DNA of 64,000 nt, taken from contig CM119371.1 of NCBI GenBank assembly GCA_051294905.1, positions 14,076,001-14,140,000 on the forward strand, in the 5' to 3' direction. The first letter of the stretch is position 1, and each line of letters begins with the position of its first letter. The DNA comes from Botryllus schlosseri. Lineage: Eukaryota. The notes below the pieces were generated by a model, which was not told where the DNA came from, did no database searches, and worked only from the letters and a program-made list of their open reading frames with translations. The translations under genes were made by a program, and so were the position numbers. Below, piece by piece: positions 35,619 through 48,193 of the stretch.

Positions 35619-36950
35619 ATGGTGGATAGTGGCGCTGGTACGACATTACTAGATAAATCACTTCTAGAATCGATTGGTAGTGTTCTGAATCCGTGCACGC
35701 GTTCGTTCGATGCGGTGGGAGGATACCCACTGGACATCTCTGGTACCGTGAAGGTGGAGCTCAACGTTGGCTTGGTGGCGGCTCGACAGACGGTGGTTGT
35801 AGCGGATTTGGGTGTGCCAATCGGACTTCTTGGAATGGACTTTTTGAAGAGTCATGAGTGTGTCATGCATCTCTCTTCCGGAATACTGGACGTCGCAGGA
35901 GAAGAAGTGAAACTCACCAGTCATGACAGGGTACCCCTCTGCCAGGTAACCATTGACGATGATGTTGAAATTCCACTGCTGCACGAGAAAAATACTCCGT
36001 TTAAAACAGAAAGAAGAGAAAGTTCTGATTCACAGCACAAAAGTAGGCCTACGGGACAGCCAGTAAAGGGAGCGTCGTCTGAAGGAGGGTCCCTGGTGCT
36101 GGGGAGGAGAGGCTCATTGCGACGGACACCGAAAACCGGCTCCTGCGAAAAAATGAAAATTGTAGCTGCAAAGTTTGACAGCAAGGAAACTCCTGTCGAT
36201 ACAAAGGCAGAGAACCCGTGTTGCACCCGACGTAGATCCGGGGCCAATTCTGCGATCATGGGCATTCCGAGAGAGAGTCTGAAAAGACGCAAGAGCAGGG
36301 TCCTGCTCTGGTCCGACGTTGTCAAGAAGAATGCGAAGAAAAAGACAAGACCCGCTAATGTAAATGTCCAGCGTCAGAAACCTGCCAAAATCGATCGTAG
36401 ATTTGTTGGAACGACTCCGAAGCAGCAATCCTTGTCGCATCATGTGAACTCGCCTGTGACGATGTACATTGGGAAACGAGCAAAATCCAGGAGATTGAAA
36501 GTGACCGTTGTCGATTGGCCGACCAATCAGCTCAATTCTGGTATGAGTTCGGGGACCATTACCTCGGGGGGTGAGATAATTGAAGGCCAGCCTACCCAGA
36601 GTGAGGTGACAGTCAAACGAAAGACTCGAGGTTGTAAGATTGTAGAAAAACGTGTTGCTCCCAAACCCACAGTCGTCGAACCCCAGAAAGTGGGTGAGAA
36701 AAGACGAAGTAAGACGGAAACTGCAGTGGGAGAAGTACCGAAGAAAATGAGATCACAGAAAACTGCAGATGCAGAAACGAAATTTCGTTGTCGGAGTAAC
36801 CCCAGTAATAAGAGAATACAGCCAAAGGTTGGTGAAAAAACCTGGTTTTACGTGTCGTCAACTTGCGACATTACTTGCGTGAGGCTGACCTCGCGCAACC
36901 TTGATGAAGAAATCCGATCCGGAGGTCGAAGGTTAGAATGTAGATGTTGA
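35619..36950 (+). CDS. Retroviral-type aspartic protease plus a long K/R-rich extension, with no RT, RNase H or integrase core
   Basis: VDSGA catalytic motif and LLGMDFL. An in-frame TAA lies just upstream (about 35604). No YxDD or integrase DDE motif is seen. Confidence 0.8.
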   Translation: MVDSGAGTTLLDKSLLESIGSVLNPCTRSFDAVGGYPLDISGTVKVELNVGLVAARQTVVVADLGVPIGLLGMDFLKSHECVMHLSSGILDVAGEEVKLTSHDRVPLCQVTIDDDVEIPLLHEKNTPFKTERRESSDSQHKSRPTGQPVKGASSEGGSLVLGRRGSLRRTPKTGSCEKMKIVAAKFDSKETPVDTKAENPCCTRRRSGANSAIMGIPRESLKRRKSRVLLWSDVVKKNAKKKTRPANVNVQRQKPAKIDRRFVGTTPKQQSLSHHVNSPVTMYIGKRAKSRRLKVTVVDWPTNQLNSGMSSGTITSGGEIIEGQPTQSEVTVKRKTRGCKIVEKRVAPKPTVVEPQKVGEKRRSKTETAVGEVPKKMRSQKTADAETKFRCRSNPSNKRIQPKVGEKTWFYVSSTCDITCVRLTSRNLDEEIRSGGRRLECRC

Positions 36951-37866
36951 GACGCCTGATACTTCCCGCGGAGATGCAAACTTCGAATCTTGTCAGTGAC
37001 GTCTTCCCGTTAACTTGAACGTTTTCTATTTGATGCCCTAAGCATGCCCTAGCTCTTGTTTAGTATGTTTATGTTGTTGCTTCTTTCTTGCAAACTCCGT
37101 TCGCTCGACCATATTGATTTCGATTGCTATTAAGAGAATCTCCATCAAAAATACGAGGGGTAGTGTGAAAACCCAGTATTTGACGTCTTGATATTTTCCG
37201 GTTGTAAAATTTTTGGTGAAACTTTCCGCGCGCTTTCCTTTGTTTATCTGTCGACGGGATTGGTCTTGGGTTGGAGTGAGCGCTGACTACGGTAGTAAGT
37301 TGCTGCTTTTTAATTAAATGTTACTAAGATAATACGACTGGAGTCTGTGGCTGCATAAAGCGCAAATCAGCAGTATATGAAGGAATCGGACTATTATACC
37401 AGACCAGGAAAGGGACGCTACATTAGCATGATTTTAATTTATTCATCAAGAGATATTCCGAAACTGCTGACAGCTACAAATGGTAATATTTGTGAGAGGA
37501 GGTAGGCCTGCTTAGCTGCTAAGGTTTTGTGCACCAGAAACGTGCTTATTGCTTGTCACTGAAATCACATGTCATATGTCCGTTCCGGTCAATATAAAAA
37601 AGCTACAAAGCTACAAATGGTATCTCACTACTGAATGTAAGCAACCCTTCTGAAGATTGCGAGTGGGAACACGTATATATCGTTCGTCTCTGATGTCCGA
37701 TATCGTTCATGATATGCACTCTGAATGAGACTCATGTTTTCCACGAATCTTCACCATATGCTAGGGTGCAGACAGATAAACTGTACTATATGGTACGAAA
37801 TATTGGTTTCAGGCGATTTCAGTTGGTGAGAATGAGCCCACAACGCCAATCTATATTGGGTATATA

Positions 37867-40800
37867 CAGGGCCGTAACAGCACTTCGTCAGGCCCCCCCC
37901 AAAACTTTGGTCTTGGGCCCCCCATATGGTTATACACCGAGCTTCTGGGGGGCCCACTCCGGCGATTCACTATTTACCACTATTCATCATGATCTTTGGG
38001 AGTTTCTTTAGTGAATAAGCTTTTGTAGACTAAGCGCGTGAAGCGCGGAAAATTTCTGGAATTCATGATTTCATCGGTCAGTATGATCGGGAATTGCGTA
38101 TTTGTTATCAATTTTTATCTTCTCTCTGCTGACGTAATCAGATTTGTTGGTAGAGCTGAGTGAGGTGTGTTTGAAAAGGTAGGACCACTCAATAATAATT
38201 AAACATCTTCGGGCGTATACCCGTTGGCAGGAACGAAACAGCACCTCGTCAGGCCCCCATCACGTTGTTCGCGTTTGTCACGAAATTATCTACACTGTAA
38301 TGTGAGCCGAGCCAGCGCTAAGCGCGAAAATTTTCGATAATTGATGATAAAATCGGTCAATCAGATCGGCGATTGCATATATATTATGCTATCAATTTAT
38401 TGTCCTCTCTACTCACGTAATAAGATTTACCGGTAGAGCTGAGTGAAGTGTCTTGAAAACGGGAGGGCCGTAAATATTGATTAAACATCTTCGGGCGGGC
38501 GGACCCGTTGATATGACTTCGTTACATGATGTTATTTCGTGACTTCCAGTCTACTATATCAAAAAATATAGAATCGCCCAAACGTAGGCTTCTAAACTAA
38601 TAGACGCACACGATTTCAAATTGGTATTTCTTCACTGGCATAAAATGTTTCCCAGCGGGATGGTAGGCCTATTTGTCTTGTGAGGTTCAGATTGCAAAGA
38701 CAGGAACATTCGGCGCCAGTCATTCAGGCGCCTATGGACAATTAAACCTATATGTATTTTATATAGCCTATATAACGAAGTTTTCTGTCTGCATAAGGGC
38801 ATAGAACTTTTCGTCCAAGCTTTTCTTTCTGCCGATCGTTCTGGCACACTTCTTGAAGTCGCATGTTATATGGCCTAACACTTGATTGTATGTCTTGGTG
38901 GGTCGTGGCGCGGTAATGGCCCAATACCCAATAATACAGAAAAATGGCTACTGGAATTCGCGCGCAGCGCGAAAAATTTTTGAAAAAATTGCATAAATTT
39001 ACAAAAAATACTCTATGATTTATGCTAATTCACGAAATAATTTTGGGCCCCTTTCGAGCTCGGGACCCCCCAATTGGGGGGTTTGGGGTGCGGCAGTTAC
39101 GGTGCTGAACGGAACCATTGGTCTATTGCCGACGGCTAAATGAATAGGAGAAATATTTGCTTATGACATCACAATCAAGCGGTGTACAGTATTACCTTTG
39201 AGATAACATCGTACCATATTGCTCATTAAACTGTGCGTCAAGCTGTACGGACCCATAAACCTGCCTCTGTGATAGGTCATTGTAATTCGGATCTGGTACA
39301 CCCCTGTACACCCCATCCGAGTGGTACACCCTTTGCAAATTCTGGTACACCCTAGCCTAGGGTGTACGACAACCCCGGTTGAAGAGCACTGCCTTAGAAC
39401 ACTATGATAATATTCGCCAGCGCACAGCAGTAGATCACTGGCTCACATTCCAATTAGTATAAACAACCTCAGCGGGAGATCGCGTGTCGCTGCGGACTGT
39501 CGATTGTTGTAAATTTGCCGAGTTATCAGTGAACTCGGCATAATCAATGTATTAACTATGATCCAACAATGAGCATTTGATCCTTTGTCATGATCACATC
39601 AGTAACCCGCAGTCACCTCACTTGTCACGCGAGGAGAGTTCTCATCACGCAGGACAAACGAGTGTTTTCTAGTTGTTCGGCAACTAATATTTTTTTTGAA
39701 ATGCGCATGTAAAACTAGAACTGGAACTACTGAATTTTCAAAATCTGCAACTACAACTAGAACTAGAACCAGGGCCGTAACAGCACTTCGTCAGGCCCCC
39801 CCAAAACTTTGGTCTTGGGCCCCCCATAGGGTTATAGACCGAACTTCTTCAGACCCCCCTCCCGCGATACACTGCTCACCGCTATTCATCACGTTCATTG
39901 GGAGTTTGTTTAGCGAATGAGCTTTGGTCGCCTAAGCGCGCGAAGCGCGGAATATTTCTAGAATTCATGATTTCATCGGTCAGTATGATCGGGAATTGCA
40001 TATATTGTTATCAATTTTTATCTTCTCTCTGCTCACGTAATCAGATTTGCCGGTAGAGCTGAGTGAGGCGTGTTTGAAAAGGTGGGAGATGCACTCAGTA
40101 ATAATAATTAAACATCTTCGGGCGTATACCCGTTGGCAGGAACGAAACAGCACCTCGTCAGGCGCCCAAAACATGGGTCTTGGGCTCCCATAGGGCGATA
40201 AAACGACCCCCCATCACGTTGTTCGCGTTTGTCACGAAATTATCTGTACTGTATTGTGAGTCAGCGCGAAGCGCCAAAATTTTCGATAATTCATGATATA
40301 ATCGGTCAATCAGATCGGCGATTGCATATATATTATGCTATCAATTTATTGTCCTCTCTACTCACGTAATTAGATTTACCGGTAGAGCTGAATGAAGTGT
40401 CTTTAAAACGGGAGGGCCCGTAAATAATGATTAAACATCTTCGGGCGGGCGGACCCGTTGATATGACTTCGTTACATGATGTTATTTCGTGACTTCCAGT
40501 CTGCCATATCAAAATATATAGAATCGCCCAAACGTAGGCTTCTTAACGAAGAGACGCACACGATTTCAAATTGGTATTTATTCACTGGCATAAAATTTTT
40601 CCCAGCGGGATGGTATTTGTCTTGTGAGGTTCAGATTGCAAAGACAGGAACATTCGGCGCCAGTCATTTAGGCGCCTATGGACAATTAAACCTATATGTA
40701 TTTTGTATAGCCTATGTAACGAAGTCTTCGGTCTGCATAAGGACATAGACCTTTTCGGCCAAGCTTTTCTCGCTGCCGATCGTTCTGGCACACTTCTTGG

Positions 40801-41053
40801 AGTCGCATGTTATATGACCTAAAACTTGATTGTATGTCTTGGTGGGTCGTGGCGCGGTAATGGCCCTATACCCAATAATATAGATAAACGGTTACTTGAA
40901 TTCGCGTGCAGCGCGAAAAAATTTTGATTAAATTGCATAAATTTTCAAAAAATACTCTATGATTTATGCTAATTCACGAAATAATTTTGGGCCCCCTTCG
41001 AGCTCGCCCCCCCCCCCAATTGGGGGGTTTGGGGTGCGGCAGTTACGGTGCTG
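37867..41053. mobile_element. Compound element: two direct copies of a hAT-like MITE (37867-39107 and 39770-41053) around cargo DNA
   Basis: Each copy has cagggccgtaac/gttacggtgctg ends; only the outer ends share a TSD (GGTATATA). Confidence 0.85.
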
Positions 41054-41956
41054 GGTATATACATACATGGTTGTTTTAGGTTCTGTTTTCCTGTATCGCC
41101 TTTTGGGTGGTAATAGGCAGAGGAACTCTATTCACTAAGAGTGCTGAAGTCTGTTAGAATGGTGAGATATGAATGACACCTTTTTACGAGGTAAATAACA
41201 CCTTTTACAAAATACGATTTGCGATGCCAATTATAACGTTCGCCGTTTTCCATTTTTTCATCACCATTCGAATGCATCGGCGGTAACTTGAGTTACAACA
41301 GCCCCTAGTTAGGTTTATTACCGCAGTATTTTATTGGGGCTATTAATGCCAATTATTTTTTGATATAATTTCGGCTTAAAGGCTTCTTACACGATTCAAC
41401 CCGGAACAAAATGTACCAACAGGTCTAGAAACGGTCCTAATAGTGCACTTATAAATCCGAAGGGAATTGAATTGGCCCTATCTAAGATTCATGGCAATGA
41501 TTACACTTTACAATTTTTGAGGATTCATCAGTATTTCCGGTCAGTAAGTTTGAATATCTACTTGGAAATTACTTTGATATCCGTTATCTGTAACGATCTG
41601 AAAAGATAGCCTCTGCATAGGTCATCATTTCATAGATGTATTTCACTGATCAGGAAGTAGGCCTAAATACATCACGTCAACAGGTGTCGATCCAGACATT
41701 ATCATATTCTAATACGGATATGTCAGTCTGAAATATAAATGTGGGTCGATCATCACACTCATAATTAATACGACGAATCACCTCATTCATGTTACATTGC
41801 AGCTCATGCTATGTCATTGCGCACAAGAATTCTCGTCGGAGAAATCACGCATTCAGCTGAGGTGAGTATTATTATATTGCATAAAGTTTGTGACATAATC
41901 ATCGGTCGGGTAAATGGCTAGGTTCTGGCAAGCGATGGAGCATTTTTGGTAATTAT

Positions 41957-42845
41957 TAGGGCTGGTTTTCGCAACTTTTGCAACTTTTTTACAGTTTCCG
42001 ACAGCTTCCTAGATACTCAGAATCTATGTACAATGATGCTATTAGGAGGGATTTTGTAGTGCAACTTTGTGAAACTTTTCTCTATTTTTCATACCAATTT
42101 TTACTGCAACTTTTATCAAATATTTCGTCAAAATGTAAAGGAGTGATTTGAAAACATGCTATAAACTATTTTAGTATGGTTCTATTCTCTTTGATTTGCA
42201 AAACAAGGAGCTATATGATGGGTTAGCTGCATCTCACTGTGTTATCTATGACACAATGGCTTACAAGCAAGAAGTTCAACTACCCCTGCCAAGCACGACC
42301 GTACCCGAACAATGTGTAGAAAAATCTCTTTAGTAATTCCGTCGTTTAAATTTGAGATAGTTTCCCATTTCACGAACGCCCAGGCGATACCGCCGAAAAT
42401 AACATTTTCGCTGGGTCACCTTATCCAGGCTATTGATTTTGTTAAAGTCGCCATGAATGGGTTTTATGCAACGCCGTGGGTCAAGTTTGCAGACCTGGGG
42501 GGGGGGGGGGTCAGGGGTGAGTTATTTGACTATTGTTTCAGGGGGAGGGGGTTATCGTTATGCTGTATTATTCCCCCATTGCGTAATCTTATTGCTGTGT
42601 ACCGGGAAATTAATTCTTGGCGGTCTTGCCAGAATGTCCGTGAAATGGCAAAGTAACAAATTTGACAGCTCTGCGTTAACTATAGGTTATACAACCGAAC
42701 CTTTCGAGTATCACATACCCTACTAATTCAACAAAAATTATAAATTAAACTTTTCACTGTAATTTTTGTCAAAATTAAGTGCAACTTTCTCGCGATTTTA
42801 GTGCAACAAAATGCACTAAAATCCTAGTAATGTAGTAGTGCCCTA
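41957..42845. mobile_element. hAT MITE with GCAACTTT subterminal repeats
   Basis: Ends tagggc/gcccta, perfect TSD GTAATTAT. Confidence 0.75.
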
Positions 42846-43399
42846 GTAATTATCAAACGGGTGTCGATACATTGTGGAGGATCTGTTACTGCAGAATATC
42901 TATGTACTACGAGTGCTTTCAACAGATTTAACGCACATTGGATTGACTTGAACACCAGATGGTGTGAATGTCTGAAAGCTTATGGTTCGTGTGAACACGA
43001 ATTCTAACTCATACATAGATGTACTAATATTCTGTATTAGCTAACAACTCATACACAACAGCTACACTTCTAGGCAACTGCTTTTGTCCACATTTTATTA
43101 TAGGCCTACATAGAACATATAATTATCGTGGTGAAACATGATAAGAAAAAGTAATTCGCATTTTATCAATATTTTCAATACGTTTCTTGAGCCTTTTGCG
43201 GGCCGCACAAAATGGTGTTGCGGCCCGCATGCGGCCCGCGGGGCTTAGTTTGCCCATCCCTGCAGTGCGTAATGGGAATATGGAAATGTGCTCAGCTACA
43301 TCGATACAGCGTGATCTCTTTAGTGTGCCGTTAACTCTTGAAAAGAGACACCCGACGTCTTCGAGTTTAATAAATATTTTACTACAGTGGATGGCGTAT

Positions 43400-43615
43400 T
43401 GAAAGCTATATTCAAGTTCTGTACCACGAACCAGCTATTTAAATGCCAGGAAACGCATGATGAAAAATTGTGATGTAGACACCATTGTCAGAATGAAGCA
43501 ACACGGTCTGTCACCAGCAGCGCACGCACAACTTCAGTGTTGTCAGCCAACAACTGCTGCTGTTGAACGTTCTTTCTCCATTAATGGCAAGCTGCTTAGT
43601 AAGGGCAGACCGGGG
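43400..43615 (+). pseudogene. CGGBP1-like hAT transposase C-terminal remnant
   Basis: LSPAAHAQLQCCQPTTAAVERSFSINGKLL, homologous to the remnant inside 10525-11556. Confidence 0.65.
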
Positions 43616-44049
43616 CCTACGATATTATCGTAGGCCCCGGACAGACACTTCTACCCGAAAATGATGGAAAGAAACTTTCGCTGTACTACAACAAATTTTC
43701 ATTATTTCTACCATAACGTGATGTTACCACTGGAATTCTTCATACCGTCAGATTTCGCTAAAACAAAGTTTTTTCACATAAAAATTTGTCAGTTTTTAAG
43801 TAATATAGGATTTTTCATGCGAAACTACTTCGTAAGGACAGACAGTTCCGACCAGAAATGAGGATAAGTAGTACAATTCTAACAATATGTGGGAAAACAC
43901 CTAATTTGCATACGTTAGGTCAAAATTTGGTCAAAATTAAGTTTTCTAAATTTTAAAAATGTCCTGGTGATGAGATTTCGGATGTTATATCTCGATAATG
44001 TCATCTAACAGGGCACTATATATTTATCGATTGGACTGCAAATATTTAT

Positions 44050-44575
44050 TAGAAGAGCTTCTTGGAGGTAGAGAACTTCAATATACAATCGAATAGTATA
44101 TTCATATTGAAATGAACCCGAATATTTTCGGCTGACACTCGTCAGAGGTAATCGTCAGCAACTAGTAGAGAACTCAAAAGAACTTCGTATATCAACAATC
44201 GTCGCACAAAATATGACGTCACCAGCATGAATGTCGAATACGAGAGCGTTCAATGTACTATTTTTAGATGATACACGAACTCTTTTTGTTGACACAGCCT
44301 TGGCTGGTGTATTTTGATAAAAGTCGACTCCAAGGCACACAAATGAAAGTGTGAACGACCCTTTCCGTGTATGCGAAATCTGTCGTCTCGATAATTTTTT
44401 GCACTGGTGGGATTATCCAACAATTATTTGTCAATTGCAGAATTTATGGCCTTTGAGTGTTCCGCATGAATCTTGAGCGGATGAGTTAAGGGTGAGCTTT
44501 TCGCCGCACGTGTTCTAATGAATCTAGGGACATGCTGATTTATTCGGGTTCATTTCAATATGAATATACTATTCA
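44050..44575 (-). mobile_element. Penelope-like element 3' end (GIY-YIG C-terminus and pseudo-LTR) with inverted tail
   Basis: The minus strand reads LLDNPTSAKNYRDDRFRIHGKGRSHFHLCALESTFIKIHQPRLCQQKEFVYHLKI. The segment attcgggttcatttcaatatgaatatactattc is repeated inverted at about 44542-44574. Confidence 0.8.
44116..44159 (-). ncRNA. Minimal type I hammerhead ribozyme in a Penelope pseudo-LTR
   Basis: RNA sense: GCUGACG-auu-ACCU-CUGACGA-G-UGUCAGC-C-GAAA-AUAU-UC-GGGU. The core is intact, stem I is ACCU/GGGU and stem III is the palindrome AAUAUU. Confidence 0.78.
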
Positions 44576-44824
44576 AATATTTTTTAGTCAGTTTTATATT
44601 TTCTAATGTCGATTTCGCCGCCAAATTGCAGACTGTTAGATATTAGGATTACAATGAATAGCTTTGCAGGTGCAATAACTACAGTTATGCTCTATGCTTT
44701 ACGATGCTACAGATACAAACTCTTTGTAGATGAAGTTGTATCTGCAACCGAGCTATCAAATCGTCGTGACATCTGCACTTGTTATGGTACAAGTTCTCGT
44801 GACTGTGCTGTAGCTCATTCTTAG

Positions 44825-45342
44825 CCCGGTCGCCATCGCCATGCATTACCCAACACACGAAGTGGTGTACCGAGGCTGCGCTCATCTCGTCGATCTCCAA
44901 GTCCTTCTGGCAATGTTATATCCGCTTTTGTTAATCACCGTATGTACTGTGCTGACCACTCTCAATAGAAATATTCCAGCTGAATTCAACGAAACGATGT
45001 GTATCGGTGAGTTAGGAAAGTTTTTCAACAGTCATTGGTTTTATTCAGCAACATCTCTCAATTTCAAGGATTCTCCATGTACTCGACTTGTGTTATCTGG
45101 TTGGCATTTCTGTCTATATTCATCACAAATACCGAAGATCTCAGTCAACGCGTGAGATTTACTTAGTAGAGAAGTTTCCGAATAAATCCTCCTGGTTTCG
45201 TTACGTTAAGATTCTGACAACGTCGATTTGTGTGAGTCTCAGCGCAACTACTGTGCTGGTCTGTTTCTTTGGACCAAAGTGCTTTAAAATCGTGTTTCGC
45301 CCTTGGTTGAACAACATCAACTCAGTGTTGTCACCGAAGTAA
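44825..45342 (+). CDS. Class C GPCR (metabotropic glutamate receptor-like) TM5-TM7 exons 44825-45006, 45069-45151, 45211-45338/45342
   Basis: Spliced: YPLLLITVCTVLTTLNRNIPAEFNETMCIGFSMYSTCVIWLAFLSIF...TTSICVSLSATTVLVCFFGPKCFKIVFRP. The GT-AG introns of 62 and 59 nt are in correct phase. Confidence 0.9.
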
Positions 45343-45479
45343 GTATATCTTGAGTGTACGCAGCTCACGGTGCATTGCCTATTTACGCATAAACGTTGAT
45401 AGCAACGGGATGACAACAAATACAAGCCCCGAGGTGGTTAAAGTAGTTATTTGTTCACTAAAGCGGAGTTTGCGGTGTT

Positions 45480-45950
45480 ACCGTAACTGTATTATGTATT
45501 ATGTATTATGTAATATGTATTATGTATTATGCTAGTATGTATTATGTAATATTATTATTAAATTCTTTATTCACAGTAAAACTGGTAGATACACACATAA
45601 TCCGGGGAGCAACCTGCCCCCAAAGGAAAATGGCGAGATTGAAGTAAATTTTTAAAATTTCAGTAATACATTCAAATTGTTATTCCTACGCAATACATGG
45701 AGAAGTCAGATTACAGAATTGCATCAGATGAAGAATTGGCAAGGGTTACATAGCAGAGGTAGAGATGATTGAAGATGAACAATCGAAATTACAGAAATTA
45801 TGCTGTGATTCACAAGTGTAATTTTAGTCCAGTGGTGCATTCAAGGCCTTCCGAAGAATTACAGAAATTATGCTGTGATTCACAAGTGTAATTTTAGTCC
45901 AGTGGTGCATTCAAGGCCTTCCGAAGAATTATTATTATGTATTATGTATT
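45480..45950. repeat. (TATTATG)n simple repeat, probable LINE 3' tail (-) and a 70-bp tandem duplication
   Basis: The unit aattacagaaattatgctgtg...ccttccgaag occurs twice at about 45787-45926. The minus strand ends in aataaa followed by (taa)n. Confidence 0.6.
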
Positions 45951-46048
45951 AGTGTAATGTCGTAGATTTTTATTCTGTGAATCGGCTAACATTTGGGCTT
46001 GTATATCAGTGCGTGATTTCTTCCGGTTAAGGCGAAGAAGCACTAGAG

Positions 46049-48193
46049 CAGTGCTCTTCAACCTTTTTCGACGTGGTACACCCTTTTAACGTTTGCTCAA
46101 AACTCGTACACCCCTGTTCATTATAGGGGTCTTCAAAAATGACTTTTTTCCTCAAATCGCACTGGCTACTTGATAAAATTGTTAGGTTACCTAACTTAAG
46201 CCTACACACCAAATTTGGTTCAATTCCAACCAGTAGCCGCATGGCTACGGGAGAAGAAAGTTTCTATTTATTATGTAAAAATAAATAACGAAAAATGTGA
46301 AATTTTTCTGTTCACCCCATGAAAGTGTTAGGTTGTCTATAGAAATGATGTTCCTCAAATTTGGTTCAATTCCAACCAGTAGAAGCGGAGTTATTGCCGT
46401 CAAAAAAATTGGATTTGCATAAAATAGTATTTGGTCACAGAGTCTATTCGCAGCCAGTTAGGCCGCCCGCCATGCAAATTGGAATTTATTTCGTGTCAGC
46501 CCCAAAACAGCATGACATTACGAACGATAATCAACCTAAATGTAACAGTATTGGGGAGAGAGTAGGTAAAGCTACTGCTGCGGAAGCGGTAATTCAGATC
46601 AGCGATGATAGCAGGCGCACCAGCCTACTGCGTATCAGGCCTGCCTCACACCACACACAGTCGATAGTAGCACATGGGCTGGAAGAGATGTCAGTAACCT
46701 CAGATCGTATGCCGCTATACACTGTCTATTGTCGCTAATTGGCATCACTAATAACAAAATACTAAGTTGCAAATGTATGGCGAAATATTGGACATAAAAT
46801 CGGCATTTTAAAAGAAAAGGGTTTCGATTTCAACATGGAAGCTGTTTCGACCCTGGCTGGCTACGTCACTTCATTTATGTACATTGCGGTATTTATTAAC
46901 GTCGGGTAGGAAGTACCGATTCAAGAAGTCTGAGCTATCGCGGCGGTTTCCTCAAAAATCACTAACAGACAAATGACTATAGCTGAACACATGTTTGTAA
47001 ACTGCATACTTTCCCACACCAAACGGAACCATTGTTCTATTGCCGACGGCTAAACGCATAGGAGAAATATTTGCTTATGACATCACAATCAAGCGGTGTA
47101 GAGTATTACCTTTGAGATAACATCGTACCATATTGCTCATTAACCTGTGCGTCAAGCTGTACTGACCCATAAACCTGCCTTGTGATAGCTAGACACCTGG
47201 ATTGTAATAGCTAGCCATCGGCTCATTGTAATTCGGATCTGGTACACCCCTGTACACCCCATTCGAGTGGTACACCCTTTGTAAATTCTGGTACACCCTA
47301 GGGCAGGGGTGGGCAAACTACGGCCCGCGACGCCATTCTGTGCGGCCCGCGAGAGTCTAAAGAAACTTATTAAAAATATTGATAAAATGCGTACTAAAAA
47401 TCGAATTAATGCAGGGACTTGATTAAACTTTTTCTTAGTATATTTCACCATGATAATTCTAAGGAAGTGGGTCTCAACCTAGGAGACGCGTGCCCCTTGG
47501 GGTCATGAAAGCATCTGAAGGGGATCGCCAAGCTGAGCTCAACTGAAATTTTTTTCGCGCTTCGCGCGATTTCCCTCCAATTCCTAATTAGTACTCTGTA
47601 TTTAGTATGAATTTCATATTCAAAAATCTCTCATCAATAGTCGTAACCTCCCATGCCACCAAACAATCCGTTAGGTTTGCTATAGCATCCTAATTGCGTT
47701 TTGTGATATGACGATAAGGGGAGCGAAATCTACACATATTGTAGAAGCGTGTTTGAAGCTAACATGGTTATGATGCTGTCAGAATTGTGTGTCCTGGAAC
47801 TGAACCCAAAGCGGAATTAGTAAATCTATGAACTGATCACTGCTCACAGATTTAAATTTCAATCCTGTTCTAAGAATCGGGACAACAGATTTTCATCTCT
47901 ATAGTTTTGACAAATTGGTTATTGAGGTCGACCAGCCTATGAAATCTCGCCATTGTTTCTGGCGCGTGTACGATATCATCATAGCAATGTTTGGTTTGTT
48001 TCAAATAAGCATATATATTATCTCCATGTCCTCACTATATAATCAAATACCAGCAATATTGCGTTTGGTTTATGATCCCAATTTTATATAGTGCGGCCCG
48101 CGAATGGATTCAGATCTTGAATGCGGCCCGCGAGCTCAAAAGTTTGCCCACCCCTGCCCTAGGGTGTACGACAACCCCGGTTGAAGAGCACTG
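46049..48193 (-). mobile_element. Buster-type non-autonomous hAT, copy 2, with nested MITE 47304-48156
   Basis: Same family as 24296-26838 in the opposite orientation; TSD CACTAGAG, nested TSD CCCTAGGG. Confidence 0.92.

Larger units (their letters stand above)
22704..37422 (+). mobile_element. Ty3/gypsy-type LTR retroelement, non-autonomous (Gag-protease only), multiply interrupted
   Basis: 259-bp TG...CA LTRs (5': 22704-22792 plus 28050-28219; 3': 37164-37422), TSD TTAG, PBS TGGCGAGCACGCTAGGA at 28224-28240 (tRNA-Arg-like), purine tract before the 3' LTR. Confidence 0.93.
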
